The notes: generated by a model not told the origin, from the sequence alone. Positions 1 through 12,866 are shown, numbered from the stretch's first letter. The stretch: 64,000 nt of DNA from Eledone cirrhosa (GCA_964016885.1 OZ024745.1:127410001-127474000), one strand, 5' to 3'. A program made the numbers and translations.

Positions 1-121
1 GTTTTATCCTGCATCGGAAGTATGTCGAAAAACAAAAGTAAAAGAACCCCCCCCCCCCTCCCCCACCAACAAACAACAAAAACAACAAAACGGACAATAA
101 AAAATACCACCAACAATGATA

Positions 122-335
122 ATGGTTTCTTATTAAGGCACAAGGCCAACAATTTTAGGGGAGGAGAAAGTTGAATTAGATCGGCCCCAGTGCGTTATTG
201 GTTCTTTGTTTTATCGATCTCATAAAGATGAAAGGCAAATATTACCCCCGTGGGATTTGAAATCAGAACGTAAAACGCCGTAACTGTACGCTGTGATGCA
301 GGGTGTCTGATGTTTTACTGATGTCATTCACCACC

Positions 336-392
<57 letters not shown>

Positions 393-697
393 ATAATAAT
401 AATTGTTTCTACTTTTGGCACAAGGCCACCAATTACCCCAGTGCATTACTGGTACTTTATTTTATCGACCCCCGTAAAGATGAAAGGCAAAGTTAACCTC
501 GGCGGGATTTGAACTCAGACCGTAAAGGGCCGTAACTCTATGCTACAAAGCATGGTCTTCGACTCTCTACCGATACTGCTAATCCCAAAACAATAATTGT
601 TTCTACTTTTGGCACAAAGCCAGCAATTACCCAGTACATTACTGGTACTTTATTTTATCGACCCCGTAAGGATGAAAGGCAAAGTAAACCTCGGCGC
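122..697 (-). mobile_element. Three adjacent copies of tRNA-derived SINE family A (about 122-330, 398-590, 594-697), with a (CTA)n tract between the first two
   Basis: Reverse complement of the recurrent body GAGTTCAAATCCCGCCGAGGTTAACTTTGCCTTTCATCCTTACGGGGTCGATAAAATAAAGTACCAGT; B-box-like GTTCAAATC. Confidence 0.85.
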
Positions 698-982
698 CAA
701 TCCCAAAACATTAATGACAACAAAAGTGTAAGAAGGATTCTGCCCCTGGAGAATTACCAAATGGGAGATAATATGCAATCCAACCGATGGAAAATTCTAT
801 GTAAATAGCCATTCCAGATAGGAGTACTCGCTGAACCAAACAGTGAAGTAAAACCTAGCATCTGTTAATATTTACAAGGTGTGTATGTGTGGTGTATGTG
901 TATAAGTATATGTGTGTGTGTATGTGTGTGTATGTGTGTATGCATGTATGTATGTGTGTGTGTGAATGAGTATATATGTATG

Positions 983-1235
983 TTCTGGTTTTATAATTTC
1001 ACAAAGTTTTACCAATAGAGAGAGAGTCGGTTTCTAACATAGACACAAGACTCTCTCATTGGAATTTACACAACATCAACTAAGTAGATATGTATGTATG
1101 CATGCATGTGTAGATATAGATGTTATTGTATGTGTGGATGTGTATGTTTTGAGTTGTATGTGTGTGTACATGTGTATATGCTTTGTATCTGTACATGTGT
1201 ATATGCAGTTATTAGATGCAACATTTTTGGAATGT
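983..1235 (-). mobile_element. 5'-truncated copy (last codons plus 3' UTR) of the R4/Dong-like element at 45123-48950
   Basis: Near-identical to 45123-45363; encodes the terminal FQKCCI*; both ends lie in (ATGT)n. Confidence 0.9.
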
Positions 1236-1740
1236 ATGTATGTATGTATGTATGTATGTATGTATGTGTGTGTGTGTGTGTGTATGCATGTATGTATGTA
1301 TGTGTGTGTGTGCGTGTATGAGTATGTATGTGTGTGTGTGTATGAGTATGTATGTATATATGTATGTATGTGTGTATACATACAAGCACACGTATGTATA
1401 TATGTATGTATGTGTGTGTGTGTTTGTATACAAACACACACATGTATGTTCGTTTGTATGTATGCATATGTGTGTGTATATACATACACGCATACGTGTG
1501 TTCGTATGTATGTATGTATGTATGTATGTATGTATGTATGTATGTATGTATATGTGTATACATACACGCACACGTATGTTCATATATATATATACGTGTG
1601 TGTATACATTCACACGCATATATATATATACCTAAACACAACTATACACACATACACACATATATACAAAAACAAAAATACCCTCAAATAAAACGCACAT
1701 ACACACATATACGAAAGTGTTTGCGTATGTTTGTGTGTAT

Positions 1741-3583
1741 CATCATCATCATCATCATCATCACCGTTTTACGTCCGTTCTTCCACGCTAGCATGGGTTA
1801 GACGGGTTGTCCTGTTGTGGGCAGTGTCTGGTCGGCTGACCATGCCTTGCTCATACAGGAACTGATCTGGCTTGATTTCTACAGCTGGATGCCCTTCCTA
1901 ACACCAACCTCATTTACAGTGAGTGCTGGGTGCTTTTTCGTGGCGCCTACACGTCCACTTTACAGTGTGGGCTGGGTGCTTTTTTGCCGTGGCACCTCCA
2001 CGACCACCTTGCGGTGGGGGGGGGGGGGGGCATATTGTTTATATGCTTCAGCATGTACCCATGGGAGGTCGGGTACCCTGTATTACTGCGTGACGCCAGA
2101 AGTCACGGTCGTGTGTCATTGACTTTGAGAGGTGTAGTTGGGTAAGGTCGGCTTTTATCACCTCATCCCAAGTCATCTTGGGTCTCCCCACTCCGCGGTT
2201 TCCATCAACTTCTAGTGCTCTGCACCTTTTTATGCAGCTGTCATCCTTCATACGCATCACATGTCCATACCAGCGTAACCGCCTCTCCTGCACGCAGCAT
2301 TTGATTCCTCTTATGCTCAGTCTCTCTCTCAATTCATTTATGCTTTGTCGTTCACGTATATTACTGTTACACATCCATCGGAGCATGCAGGCTTCGTTTC
2401 TCTCTAATCTACGTAAGTCTTCCACCTTCAGCGCCCAGGTCTCACTACCATGCAACATCGCTGTTCGGATACACGCATCATACAGTCTGCCTTTCATTCT
2501 GAGGGAGAAGCCTTTTGCAGCTAGCAGTGGTAGTAGTTCCCTAAACTTCTTCCATCCCGTTCTTACCCTAGTTATTGTACTTTCTGAGCACCCACCTCCG
2601 TTGCTAATTCGGTCACCTAGGTAGCAGAAGCTGTCTACTGTTTCTACAGGGCCCTCCCAGAGATTGGTGGTACTTGTTTCCTGTGGCTGTTTGCTTGCTG
2701 TTTCAGCACAGCTGCTGCATGTGAATCCTACATTCTTAATTAAGCTTCCTGAGATCCCGCTACATCTCTTGTGTACCCATTGTTTGCATTTGGGGCAGAG
2801 AATGGAGTTCCTACCTACACCTTTCCTACATACTGAGCAAGGCCATTTCCCTGAGGGGATCTGGGTTCTGTTTTCTCGTCTACTTATAAGGACCTTAGTC
2901 TTTGTCATGTTGACTTTGAGGCCCTTTCTCTCTAGTCCCTGCTTCCAGGTTTGGAATTTATTCTCTAGTTCTACCATAGATTCAGCTATGAGTGCGAGGT
3001 CATCAGCATACAGGAGTTCCCATGGGCATCCGGTCTTAAACTCCTCCGTTATTGCCTGCAGGACTATGATGAACAGGAGAGGGCTAAGAACAGAGCCCTG
3101 GTGGACCCCAACCTGTACGCTAAATTCCTCGCTATACTCATTGCCAATCCTAACTTTGCTGACTGCTCCCCTATACATGGCTTGTACCGCTTTCACAAGC
3201 CATTCATCTACTCCTAGTTTTCTAAGAGCCCACCAGATTACTGCACGTGGAACTCTGTCAAAGGCTTTCTCAAGGTCGACAAATGCCAAGTAGAGTGGCT
3301 TACTTTTAGCTAGGTACTTTTCCTGTAATTGCCTCACAAGGAAGAGCGCATCAGTGGTGCCTTTCCCTGGAACAAACCCAAATTGCATCTCGTCTATATT
3401 CACCCGGTCCCTAATCAGCTGTGCTATAACTCTTTCTGTTACTTTCATGACCTGGTCCATCAACTTTATACCTCTATAGTTTCCTCTATCTAGTGCATCG
3501 CCTTTACCTTTGTAGCAGTTGACAATGATGCTACTGCACCAATCTTTTGGTATGGCCCCCTCTAGTATTACCTGGTTAACGAT
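1741..3583 (-). mobile_element. 5'-truncated RTE-clade LINE with (GAT)n tail
   Basis: RT ORF, then 3' UTR, then (CAT)n at 1741-1762 on the + strand. Confidence 0.92.
2048..3583 (-). CDS. RTE reverse transcriptase, C-terminal part, uninterrupted, with a PHD-like Cys-rich insert
   Basis: Motifs NYRGIKL, QFGF, FVDLEKAFD, GVHQGSVLSP, LLYADD, FCYLG, RRLRWYGHV, GRPK..W; the frame continues upstream of the listed start to about 3583. Confidence 0.9.
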   Translation of the reverse strand: MVNQVILEGAIPKDWCSSIIVNCYKGKGDALDRGNYRGIKLMDQVMKVTERVIAQLIRDRVNIDEMQFGFVPGKGTTDALFLVRQLQEKYLAKSKPLYLAFVDLEKAFDRVPRAVIWWALRKLGVDEWLVKAVQAMYRGAVSKVRIGNEYSEEFSVQVGVHQGSVLSPLLFIIVLQAITEEFKTGCPWELLYADDLALIAESMVELENKFQTWKQGLERKGLKVNMTKTKVLISRRENRTQIPSGKWPCSVCRKGVGRNSILCPKCKQWVHKRCSGISGSLIKNVGFTCSSCAETASKQPQETSTTNLWEGPVETVDSFCYLGDRISNGGGCSESTITRVRTGWKKFRELLPLLAAKGFSLRMKGRLYDACIRTAMLHGSETWALKVEDLRRLERNEACMLRWMCNSNIRERQSINELRERLSIRGIKCCVQERRLRWYGHVMRMKDDSCIKRCRALEVDGNRGVGRPKMTWDEVIKADLTQLHLSKSMTHDRDFWRHAVIQGTRPPMGTC

Positions 3584-3691
3584 GTATGTGTATATATATA
3601 GGCTCGTATAAATGTATATTTATTTTGATTTTATTCCTTTCGGAAACATATATACACGTACTTATACATACACGTACTTATACATACACTC

Positions 3692-3720
<29 letters not shown>

Positions 3721-3725
<5 letters not shown>

Positions 3726-3836
3726 ATAATAATAAATTTGAAGACTAAAATCCAAAGAGGGCTCGATAAGGTTAAATATATATCAAATATATAAGAACCG
3801 TAGAGCAAATATTTATTAAAATAACAGATTAAAGTT
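3721..3836 (-). mobile_element. Short (TA)n-associated repeat family (also at 19091-19252, 38961-38990, 59606-59670), probably a PLE pLTR fragment
   Basis: Near-identical reverse complement of 19141-19252; the 59606 copy carries a partial HHR (stem II-GAAA-stem III). Confidence 0.6.
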
Positions 3837-3910
3837 TGTGTGTATGTATGTATATATATATATATGTATATATATATAATATATATGTGTATATATTAAT
3901 AAATATATAT

Positions 3911-3943
<33 letters not shown>

Positions 3944-3957
3944 TTAATATATATATA

Positions 3958-4348
3958 TAATTGTTTCTACTTTAGGCACAAGGCCAGCAATTACCCAGTG
4001 CATTACTGGTACTTTATTTTATCGACCCCGTAAGGATGAAAGGCAAAGTTAACCTCGGCGGGATTTGAAATCAGACTGTAAAGGGACGTAACTATGCTAG
4101 AAAGCATGGCGTCCGACCCTCTACCGATACTGCCAATTCACCACCCTAATTATATATATATAATTGTTTCTACTTTAGGCACAAGGCCAGCAATTACCCA
4201 GTGCATTACTGGTACTTTATTTTATCGACCCCGTAAGGATGAAAGGCAAAGTCAACCTCGGCGGGATTTGAACTCAGATCGTAAAGGGACGTAACTATGC
4301 TGAAAGCATGGCGTCCGACCCTCTACCGATACTGCCAATCCACCGCCC
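3958..4348 (-). mobile_element. Two tandem full-length SINE A copies
   Basis: Two ~190 bp copies with the head GGCGGTGGATTGGCAGTATCGGTAGAG on the - strand. Confidence 0.9.
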
Positions 4349-4377
4349 TTATTATATATATATAATGAGAGGTATAC

Positions 4378-4655
<278 letters not shown>

Positions 4656-4656
4656 T

Positions 4657-4831
4657 TTGAGATGGACGGTCTGTGGTTTTTCTCACAGATGTGAGATGTG
4701 AGAAAAACCACAGACCCTCCATCTCAACTTTACTTTTGAAAAGCAGAAGAACTGCGAAACCGGTAAAGGAACCAAATAAATATATATATTTAAAAAAAAA
4801 TAAGACTCCAGTTGCATTTTCGATATCATCT

Positions 4832-4837
<6 letters not shown>
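4657..4837 (+). mobile_element. Short PLE-type element with a 5' fold-back and a variant HHR (second copy at 41278-41470)
   Basis: Inverted 5' duplication, HHR, AATAAA, 3' end at (CT)n(TA)n. Confidence 0.75.
4731..4770 (+). ncRNA. Minimal type I hammerhead ribozyme with non-canonical U3-A8 core
   Basis: ctt TTGAAAA gcag-aagaa-ctgc GAAA ccgg TA aag. Confidence 0.7.
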
Positions 4838-4924
<87 letters not shown>

Positions 4925-4925
<1 letters not shown>

Positions 4926-5116
4926 AAAAGGTATGACCCCGATGGCAGAGATCAAGCCGTTTCGACGGCTATTTCTGGACTCAGAAATAGCCGTCGAAAC
5001 GGCTTGAGCTCTGCCGTCGGGGTCATAACTTTTCCTATTTCTCACTCTACTACCCTAAGTATTGAGTAGCCTGGTGCGTTATGGTCCATCTGGTTCCTTA
5101 CCACACATCCTTTGTT
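4925..5116 (+). mobile_element. Fold-back PLE-type element (family H) carrying the 3' half of an HHR
   Basis: Palindrome at 4925-5035; GAAA cggc..gccg TC gggg; tail TACCCTAAGTATTGAGTA..GTTCCTTACCACA; (TA)n on both sides. Confidence 0.75.
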
Positions 5117-5155
5117 ATATATATATATATATATATGAGTGCATGTATAAATACG

Positions 5156-5205
<50 letters not shown>

Positions 5206-5328
5206 GGAGGTGAGTTTTATTGTAGTACAATAAAGCAATGCAGATATCGGATAAGAAGCACTCTACAGTTTGTGGGACTGGAGTATGCATAATATAAGAT
5301 CAAAAGATGGTTAAAGGAGTTCAATATA

Positions 5329-5395
5329 TTTTATTATGCGCATTTCAAAAACAAACATCATCAAATAATAATATTTGTGTTTTCATCAGATAAAA
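5329..5395 (-). ncRNA. Type I HHR, inverted pLTR copy
   Basis: Exact reverse complement of 7587-7653. Confidence 0.85.
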
Positions 5396-5744
5396 CAGGA
5401 GAACATGATATGAAGGCTAAAAAAACACTTGTTGATAGTGCAGTTTTAAATCAACATATGAAAAGTGGTTTTAGATTGATGTGTGATATTGGGAAAAATA
5501 TTTTATTTAGAGAGGGGGGGAGAGAAAAGGATGAAAAGGGAAGGAGATGAGAGGGAGAGATGGGTGATAGAGAGAAAGAGATAGTTTTTATAACAGAGAG
5601 GAGATATATTTTATATAGAGGGGTTGAAAACCGTTGGAAGATACTGTATAAATTAAAAATTTTGAAAATTAACGAAGGGAGGATATGTGCGAGGAAAAAA
5701 TATATTATATTTAGGGAGGGGTGGGGGTGGAAAGGATGTAAACC

Positions 5745-6325
5745 CAAATGCAACGTCAAACACAACTTCGCTAAATGTTCATAATCCAACTCTAAATCAA
5801 GAAACTATTATTCCTATTATTCCTATCGCAAACAACTTCTCCAATCCAATTCCTTCTATAGATAACACTAGATCACTCATTAATAATCTCTCTAATTGCA
5901 ACTGCCGCATTAAAAATAAATGTCCTCTCAACAACCATTGCCTCGATAAAAACTTAATTTATGAATGTAAAATTATAACTAGCACCAACTCCTTCACCTA
6001 TTTTGGCTCCACTTCCACCTCTTTTAAAGCTCGTCTCTATAATCATCATTCATCTTTCAAATACAAACTTAAAAGAACTAACACTGCTCTCTCAGAACTC
6101 ATATGGTCCTTAAAAGACAAAAACATTAAATATAACATCTTTTGGAAAAAGATTTCTTCTGCATCCTCGTACTTGAACAGTTCTCTATCTAAAATCTGTA
6201 ATCTCTGCCTAAATGAAAAATTTACCATTATCTCTAACCTAGAATCCATAATAAATAGACGCTCGGATTTGTTTTCCATCTGCCTTCATAAATTCCATAG
6301 AACTTTTCACAAAGTATACAGTTAA
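5745..6325 (+). CDS. PLE GIY-YIG endonuclease domain, C-terminal fragment (probably Naiad-type)
   Basis: CNCR..CPL..C..LIYEC..YFGST..FKARLYNH..SF..TALSELIWSLK..CNLCLNEK..INRRSDLFSICLH. Confidence 0.85.
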
Positions 6326-6379
6326 TATTCAATTCTTTATCAATTTAGAATCTTTTCTCAAAGGCACATATACATACAC

Positions 6380-6850
6380 CTCTTTAAAATATACCCATCT
6401 ACCTTACTTTAAAGGGCATTATACACTCTATAGTACTCGTTTATTCATTTACCTCATCCTATCTTCTCGTAAAACAATAACATTTGTTTTTGACATTTTG
6501 AATATTCATCCGCAATCATTATTATTTTTTTTTTTTCCCTCTATCATAAATCTTTTTAATCTCAATTTCATCCTTAATTTATTATTATATATATTTTTTT
6601 TAATATATACTCATATATTCTTTAAAATATACCCATCTACCTTACTTTAAAGGGCATTATACACTCTATAATACCCGTTTACTCATCACCCTCATTATAT
6701 CTCTTCGTAAAACAATAACATTTGTTTTTGACATTTTGAGTATTCATCCGCAATCATTATTATTTTTTTTTTTTTTTTTTTTTTTTTTTCTCTCTATCAT
6801 AAATCTTTTTAATCTCAATTTCATCCTTAATTTATTATTATTATTTTTTT
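6380..6850 (+). repeat. ~240 bp tandem duplication in the PLE 3' UTR
   Basis: CTTTAAAATATACCCATCTACCTTACTTTAAAGGGCATT.. starts at about 6382 and again at about 6620. Confidence 0.85.
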
Positions 6851-7586
6851 TCTCCCCATCAACGAACTCATTATTAATACATATGAATTCAATATAAAAA
6901 CTTTAACTTCACATTTTTCTCAAATCCTATACATAAACATTTTCTCTTTGCTAATTTTAAGATTCCTACATTTCTCCTTGTGAATATTCACCCACAATTA
7001 TTATTTTTTTCTCTCTATCTCCATACATAATCTCCCTTCGTTATTTTTTTCTCTCTATCTCCATACATAATTTCCCTTCGTTAATTTTCAAATTCCTTTA
7101 ATTTATACATTATCTTCCAACGGTTCCCAACCTCTCTATATTAAAACATTATATCTTTTTCTCAGTTATAAAAACTATCTCTTTCTCTCTATCACCCATC
7201 TCTCCCTTTCCACCTTCACTCTCATCTCCTCCCCTTTTTTTTCATCCTTTCCACCCCCACCCCTCCCTAAATATAATATATTTTTTCCTCGCACATATCC
7301 TCCCTTCGTTAATTTTCAAAATTTTTAATTTATACAGTATCTTCCAACGGTTTTCAACCCCTCTATATAAAATATATCTCCTCTCTGTTATAAAAACTAT
7401 CTCTTTCTCTCTATCACCCATCTCTCCCTCTCATCTCCTTCCCTTTTCATCCTTTTCTCTCCCCCCCCTCTCTAAATAAAATATTTTTCCCAATATCACA
7501 CATCAATCTAAAACCACTTTTCATATGTTGATTTAAAACTGCACTATCAACAAGTGTTTTTTTAGCCTTCATATCATGTTCTCCTG

Positions 7587-7653
7587 TTTTATCTGATGAA
7601 AACACAAATATTATTATTTGATGATGTTTGTTTTTGAAATGCGCATAATAAAA
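7587..7653 (+). ncRNA. Type I HHR in the PLE pLTR
   Basis: ttttat CTGATGA [AT-rich stem II] GAAA tgcgca TA ataaaa; palindromic stem III. Confidence 0.85.
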
Positions 7654-7683
7654 TATATTGAACTCCTTTAACCATCTTTTGAT

Positions 7684-7788
<105 letters not shown>

Positions 7789-7861
7789 TAAATATATATA
7801 TATATACATATATATATACATATATATATACATATATATATATATACATATATATATATAC

Positions 7862-7908
<47 letters not shown>

Positions 7909-8012
7909 CATATATATATACATATATTTATATATATATACATATATATACATATATATATACATATATTTATATATATATACATATATATATATACATA
8001 TATATATACATA

Positions 8013-8127
<115 letters not shown>

Positions 8128-8149
8128 CAAAGGAATTGTGGTAAGGAAC

Positions 8150-9237
8150 GGCAGCTTGTTGAAGAGTTGAGGGCCCTTGAACCCCAGGCTATTGCAATAT
8201 CTGCTCCTTATTCTAGATGTGGAAGACGGGACCTTTGGCACCACACAGTGAGGTCTTGTTCGACGGTTGGTCCAGCTCCCAATGCCAAAGTTTGGTGCTA
8301 GTCCCTCCAGCATTTTCCACGTGTAGATCACTGCGTATCTCTCCCGTCTTCGTTCCAAGGAGTAGAGGTTCAGTTCTTTTAGCCTCTCCCAGTAGGTTAT
8401 CTCCTTCATCATCGCAATCCTCTTGGTGTATCGCTGCATTGCCTCAAGCTCTGTGGTTAGTTTGACACTATGGGGTGACCACAACTGGGAGCAATAGTCC
8501 AGGCGGCTTAGGACAAATGTCCTCCATAGTGTCAAGATGGTGTCTCGGTCTCTTGTCCGGAAAGTCCTTAAAATCCCGCAAGCGAGTCGTCTGCATATTG
8601 TCGCCACTTTCATGATGTGTGAGGAAAAAGATGCATCATCGCTCATGTCTACACCCAGGTCTCGTATCGATTTTGACACGTGGATATCTGTCCCTCCTGG
8701 TCCTGCGTAACTGTGTTGTACTGTATTTGAGTTTGCAGGTTTGTATTGTAGGGCTTGGAATTTGTCAGCATTAAACTGCATGCTGTTGTCTTCCACCCAT
8801 TTGTATATGGCATCCAGATCGTGTTGTAAAAGGGCAGCGTCAGCCGGATTTTTGATTTCCTGTGCTACCTTAGTGTCATCAGCATAACTAGTGAGGGATG
8901 TTGTTGTATGTACTACAGAGGGCATGTCTGAGAGAGCCACCAAAAACAGTAGTGGTCCCAGGACTGTGCATTGGGGCACCCCACTTGTTATTGATGTTTC
9001 CTTTGAGAGGGCCCCGTTTGCTGCGACTGTCTGTCTTTTGTCCTTTAAGAAGTCGTGCAGCTCACCTACTTTTCCAGTTTTGCCGAGTCCGTGTAGTTTG
9101 TGACATATCATTCAGGGGTCGACCTTGTCAAAGGCCTTCGCAAAGTCAAGATATATCACGTCCACATGTGAGCTGTTTCACTACTCAGTCACAGTGATGT
9201 AGCAGCTGTGTAAGGCAGCTTCTTCCTGGGCAAAAAC
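8150..9237 (-). pseudogene. CR1-superfamily LINE reverse transcriptase fragment
   Basis: DVIYLDFAKAFDKVD (frameshifted), [45 protein letters not shown]. Confidence 0.88.
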
Positions 9238-9318
9238 CATGCTGCGTGCTAGTATATATACATATATATATATATGCTGCGTGCATATATATATATATAT
9301 ATACATGCTGCGTGCTAG

Positions 9319-9417
<99 letters not shown>

Positions 9418-9475
9418 TTATATATATATATATCCACTCATATATGTATATATATATATATATATATGTAAGTAA

Positions 9476-9517
9476 TGCGTGCATATATGTATGTGTACCT
9501 GTATGCATATGTGTATA

Positions 9518-9573
<56 letters not shown>

Positions 9574-10022
9574 TGCTATTGTACGTCTGTATACATATAT
9601 GTATGTACGTATACATACATACTTACATTTAAGTAAGTGCCATACTAAGAGTGAGAAATGAAATTTCGTTTTCATTTTTTTCAACTTATCGTTTCCGGTA
9701 TGCCTGACCGATTTAACTCACTCAATATGCAAATTAGGCTGCTCAGCCGTTAATTTTCATAAGGAAAGTATATACTTTCGAACATTCAACTATCTGGTAG
9801 ATGGGTAAACGGTGCTGATGATAGCTAACAAGCTTGAAACTAGTACATCGTTCCTGTGTCAGTGTTGAACAAAAAGGTGACGTGGTTGCCTTAACACCGT
9901 ATGGCATAAATTCAGGATGTTCGATTTGTTGACAAACAAACGAACAAAGCAGGCGTTATAATAAACGTCGGCTAAACTGATGCGTGCATATATGTATGTG
10001 TACCTGTATGCATATGTGTATA

Positions 10023-10090
<68 letters not shown>

Positions 10091-10201
10091 TGCTACTGTA
10101 CGTCTGTATACATATATGTATGTACGTATACATACATACTTACATTTTAGTAAGTGCCATACTAAGAGTGAGAAATGAAATTTCGTTTTCATTTTTTTCA
10201 A

Positions 10202-10203
<2 letters not shown>
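9476..10203 (+). mobile_element. Retrozyme-like non-coding element: ~210 bp direct repeats (9476-9687, 9980-10203) flanking an HHR-containing segment
   Basis: Repeats end in TACTAAGAGTGAGAAATGAAATTTCGTTTTCATTTTTTCAACTTAT; a relative lies at 35335-35775. Confidence 0.75.
9808..9852 (+). ncRNA. Canonical minimal type I HHR
   Basis: aacggtg CTGATGA t-agct-aaca-agct-t GAAA ctag TA catcgtt; 7 bp helix I. Confidence 0.9.
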
Positions 10204-10236
<33 letters not shown>

Positions 10237-11049
10237 GCGTACACTCATATATATACATACATGCGTACACTCATATATACATATATACATATATACATAC
10301 ATGCGTACATACATGTATACACATATACATACATGCGTACATACATGTATATACATATGCATACATGCATACATACATGTATACATACATACATACATAC
10401 ATGTATACATACATCATACATGCAGACACATATACATATATGCATACATATATAATACACACATGCATACATACACGCATACACACATGCATTCATTCAT
10501 ACATGCATACACACACATATACATTCATACGTTTATACATACACACATACATGCATACGTGCGTACATACACACATATACACAGACATATGTATTTGCGT
10601 GCGTACATACACACACATACATACATATTTGCTTGTGTACATACACACATACATACCTGCGCACATACACACATAAACACACACAGATATATATATTTGC
10701 GTGCGTACATACACACACCCATACATACGTGTATACACATACACATACATGCATACACATACATATTTGCGTGCGTACATACACTCACCCATACATACGA
10801 GCGTACATAGATACACCCATACATACGTGTGTACATACACATACATACATGCACATACATATTTGCCTGCGTACATACACACACCCATACATACGAGCGT
10901 ACATAGACACACCGATACATACGTGTGTACATACACATACATACATGCACATACATATTTTCGTGCGTACATACACACACCCATACATACGTGTGTACAC
11001 ATACAACGGCATACACACACATACATATTTGCGTGCGTACATACACACA

Positions 11050-11505
11050 TGATGTGGCAGCCCCCCTCGTTATTGAGTATGGCCATTGCACGATATACCA
11101 TTATTAATAATTATTAATTAATTGTTTCTACTTTTGGCACAAAGCCAGCAATTATCCCAGTGTATTACTGGTACTTTATTTTATCGACCCCGTAAGGATG
11201 AAAGGCAAAGTTAACCTCAATTATTGCTACCGTGCAATGCCTGTGCGTGAAGATATTTTTTAAAGTGAGGAAAGACTGTGCACTGAGCCAATCCCACTCT
11301 CTGAGCGACAGTAGCTATAACCCGAAAAGAAGAAGAGATCAACATCATCGGTAACTACTGGGCCGCAGGTTTTATATCGGAGTTATCCCAGTTTCCTGAG
11401 TTACCTTCTCCTAGAAGATTGCCCTAACAAAGGTTAGGGGTCCTTCACTCCCAGTGGTTTAACCGTGCGATCGGGTGTCCAGCTCAATTATTTCTGTGTC
11501 CCTGC
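11050..11505 (-). mobile_element. Non-autonomous RTE-derived (bipartite-like) element with a nested SINE A fragment (11119-11218)
   Basis: Matches 53252-53565 and 58389-58522; RTE 5'UTR-like motif CCCCTAACCTTTG..CTAGGAGAAGG on the - strand. Confidence 0.65.
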
Positions 11506-11567
11506 GCATATACATACACATGCATGTATGTATATACATATACATGCATATATGTATATATATATAT

Positions 11568-11683
11568 AACGAAGGAAATGTGGTAAGGAACCAGATTGAC
11601 CATAACGCACTAAAGTACTCAATACTTAGGGTAGTAGAGCGGGTAATAGGAACGAGTAGGACCCCGACGGTCTTACTCGTTCT

Positions 11684-11736
<53 letters not shown>

Positions 11737-11841
11737 GCATACTCGTATATACATATTTACACATTATTACACATACATACATACATATATACATATATAC
11801 ATATATACATACATAATACATATATATACATACATACATAT

Positions 11842-11874
<33 letters not shown>

Positions 11875-11972
11875 CATACATATATATATATATATATTAC
11901 CCACTCTACTACCCTAAGTATTGAGTACTTTGGTGCGTTATGGTCCACCTGGTTCCTTACCACATTTCCTTC

Positions 11973-11975
<3 letters not shown>
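11568..11975. mobile_element. Two family H fragments in opposite orientation (11568-11686 -, 11896-11975 +)
   Basis: Same tail as 5036-5116 and 44863-44946. Confidence 0.75.
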
Positions 11976-12026
<51 letters not shown>

Positions 12027-12088
12027 CATATATATACACACATACATACGTGCGTACATACACACATACATACAGACACATATGGAAT

Positions 12089-12137
<49 letters not shown>

Positions 12138-12725
12138 ACATATATATGGCCTCTTTACATTTAGAGTTTTATATTACATAAGAGGGTAGACAATTGATCA
12201 AGGTAAAATATTAAATGCTATTCTCATAATGATTTCATCGTTTGCTGGTGATGCTGATTGTTGTATAAACAAGAATACTTGTTGAAACCTGTCACGAGTC
12301 TGGTTTCGATCCACTGTTTAAAATCAATTTCCTTTATTTATCTCACTTATGCCTTTAGGAAATGGATGGACTTCACAACACTGCATGTTATCTGAATGTA
12401 GTTAGAGCTATGTGCGTTGCCATGGGTAAAACAGAATTCGTTATCCAAGCTCATGTGTCTGAATGAGTTATCTCTCTATGCTCACTATTCTTAATCATGC
12501 AAATTATGGTGGCTAATATTTTTTGAAAGTTTTATTACAAAAAGCCATGCTTCGCTGTCATTTCCTTCTGAGAAAGATCATATTTTCTGTTATAAGCACT
12601 ATACACACACGCAAACGCATGCGCAGAGACAGAGACAAAAATAAATAAATAAATAAATAGATAAAATAAAAATGGCGTAGACATTACAATACAATACAAT
12701 ACAGTAGGGGGAAACATGATAATAG

Positions 12726-12768
12726 TACCACTGATGATATTGCAGATGTGCAACGAAAGAACTTTGTT

Positions 12769-12769
<1 letters not shown>
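12726..12769 (+). ncRNA. HHR (family shared with 18722)
   Basis: tacca CTGATGA ta-ttgca-gatg-tgcaa-c GAAA gaac TT tgtta. Confidence 0.65.
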
Positions 12770-12811
<42 letters not shown>

Positions 12812-12814
<3 letters not shown>

Positions 12815-12862
12815 TTCCTGATGATTTCTAATGAATGAAACAGTTCTAGTCCTGTAGAATCT
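12812..12862 (+). ncRNA. Type I HHR (family shared with 32203 and 32254)
   Basis: agattc CTGATGA t-ttc-taat-gaa-t GAAA cag-ttctagtc-ctg TA gaatct. Confidence 0.85.
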
Positions 12863-12866
12863 CATC

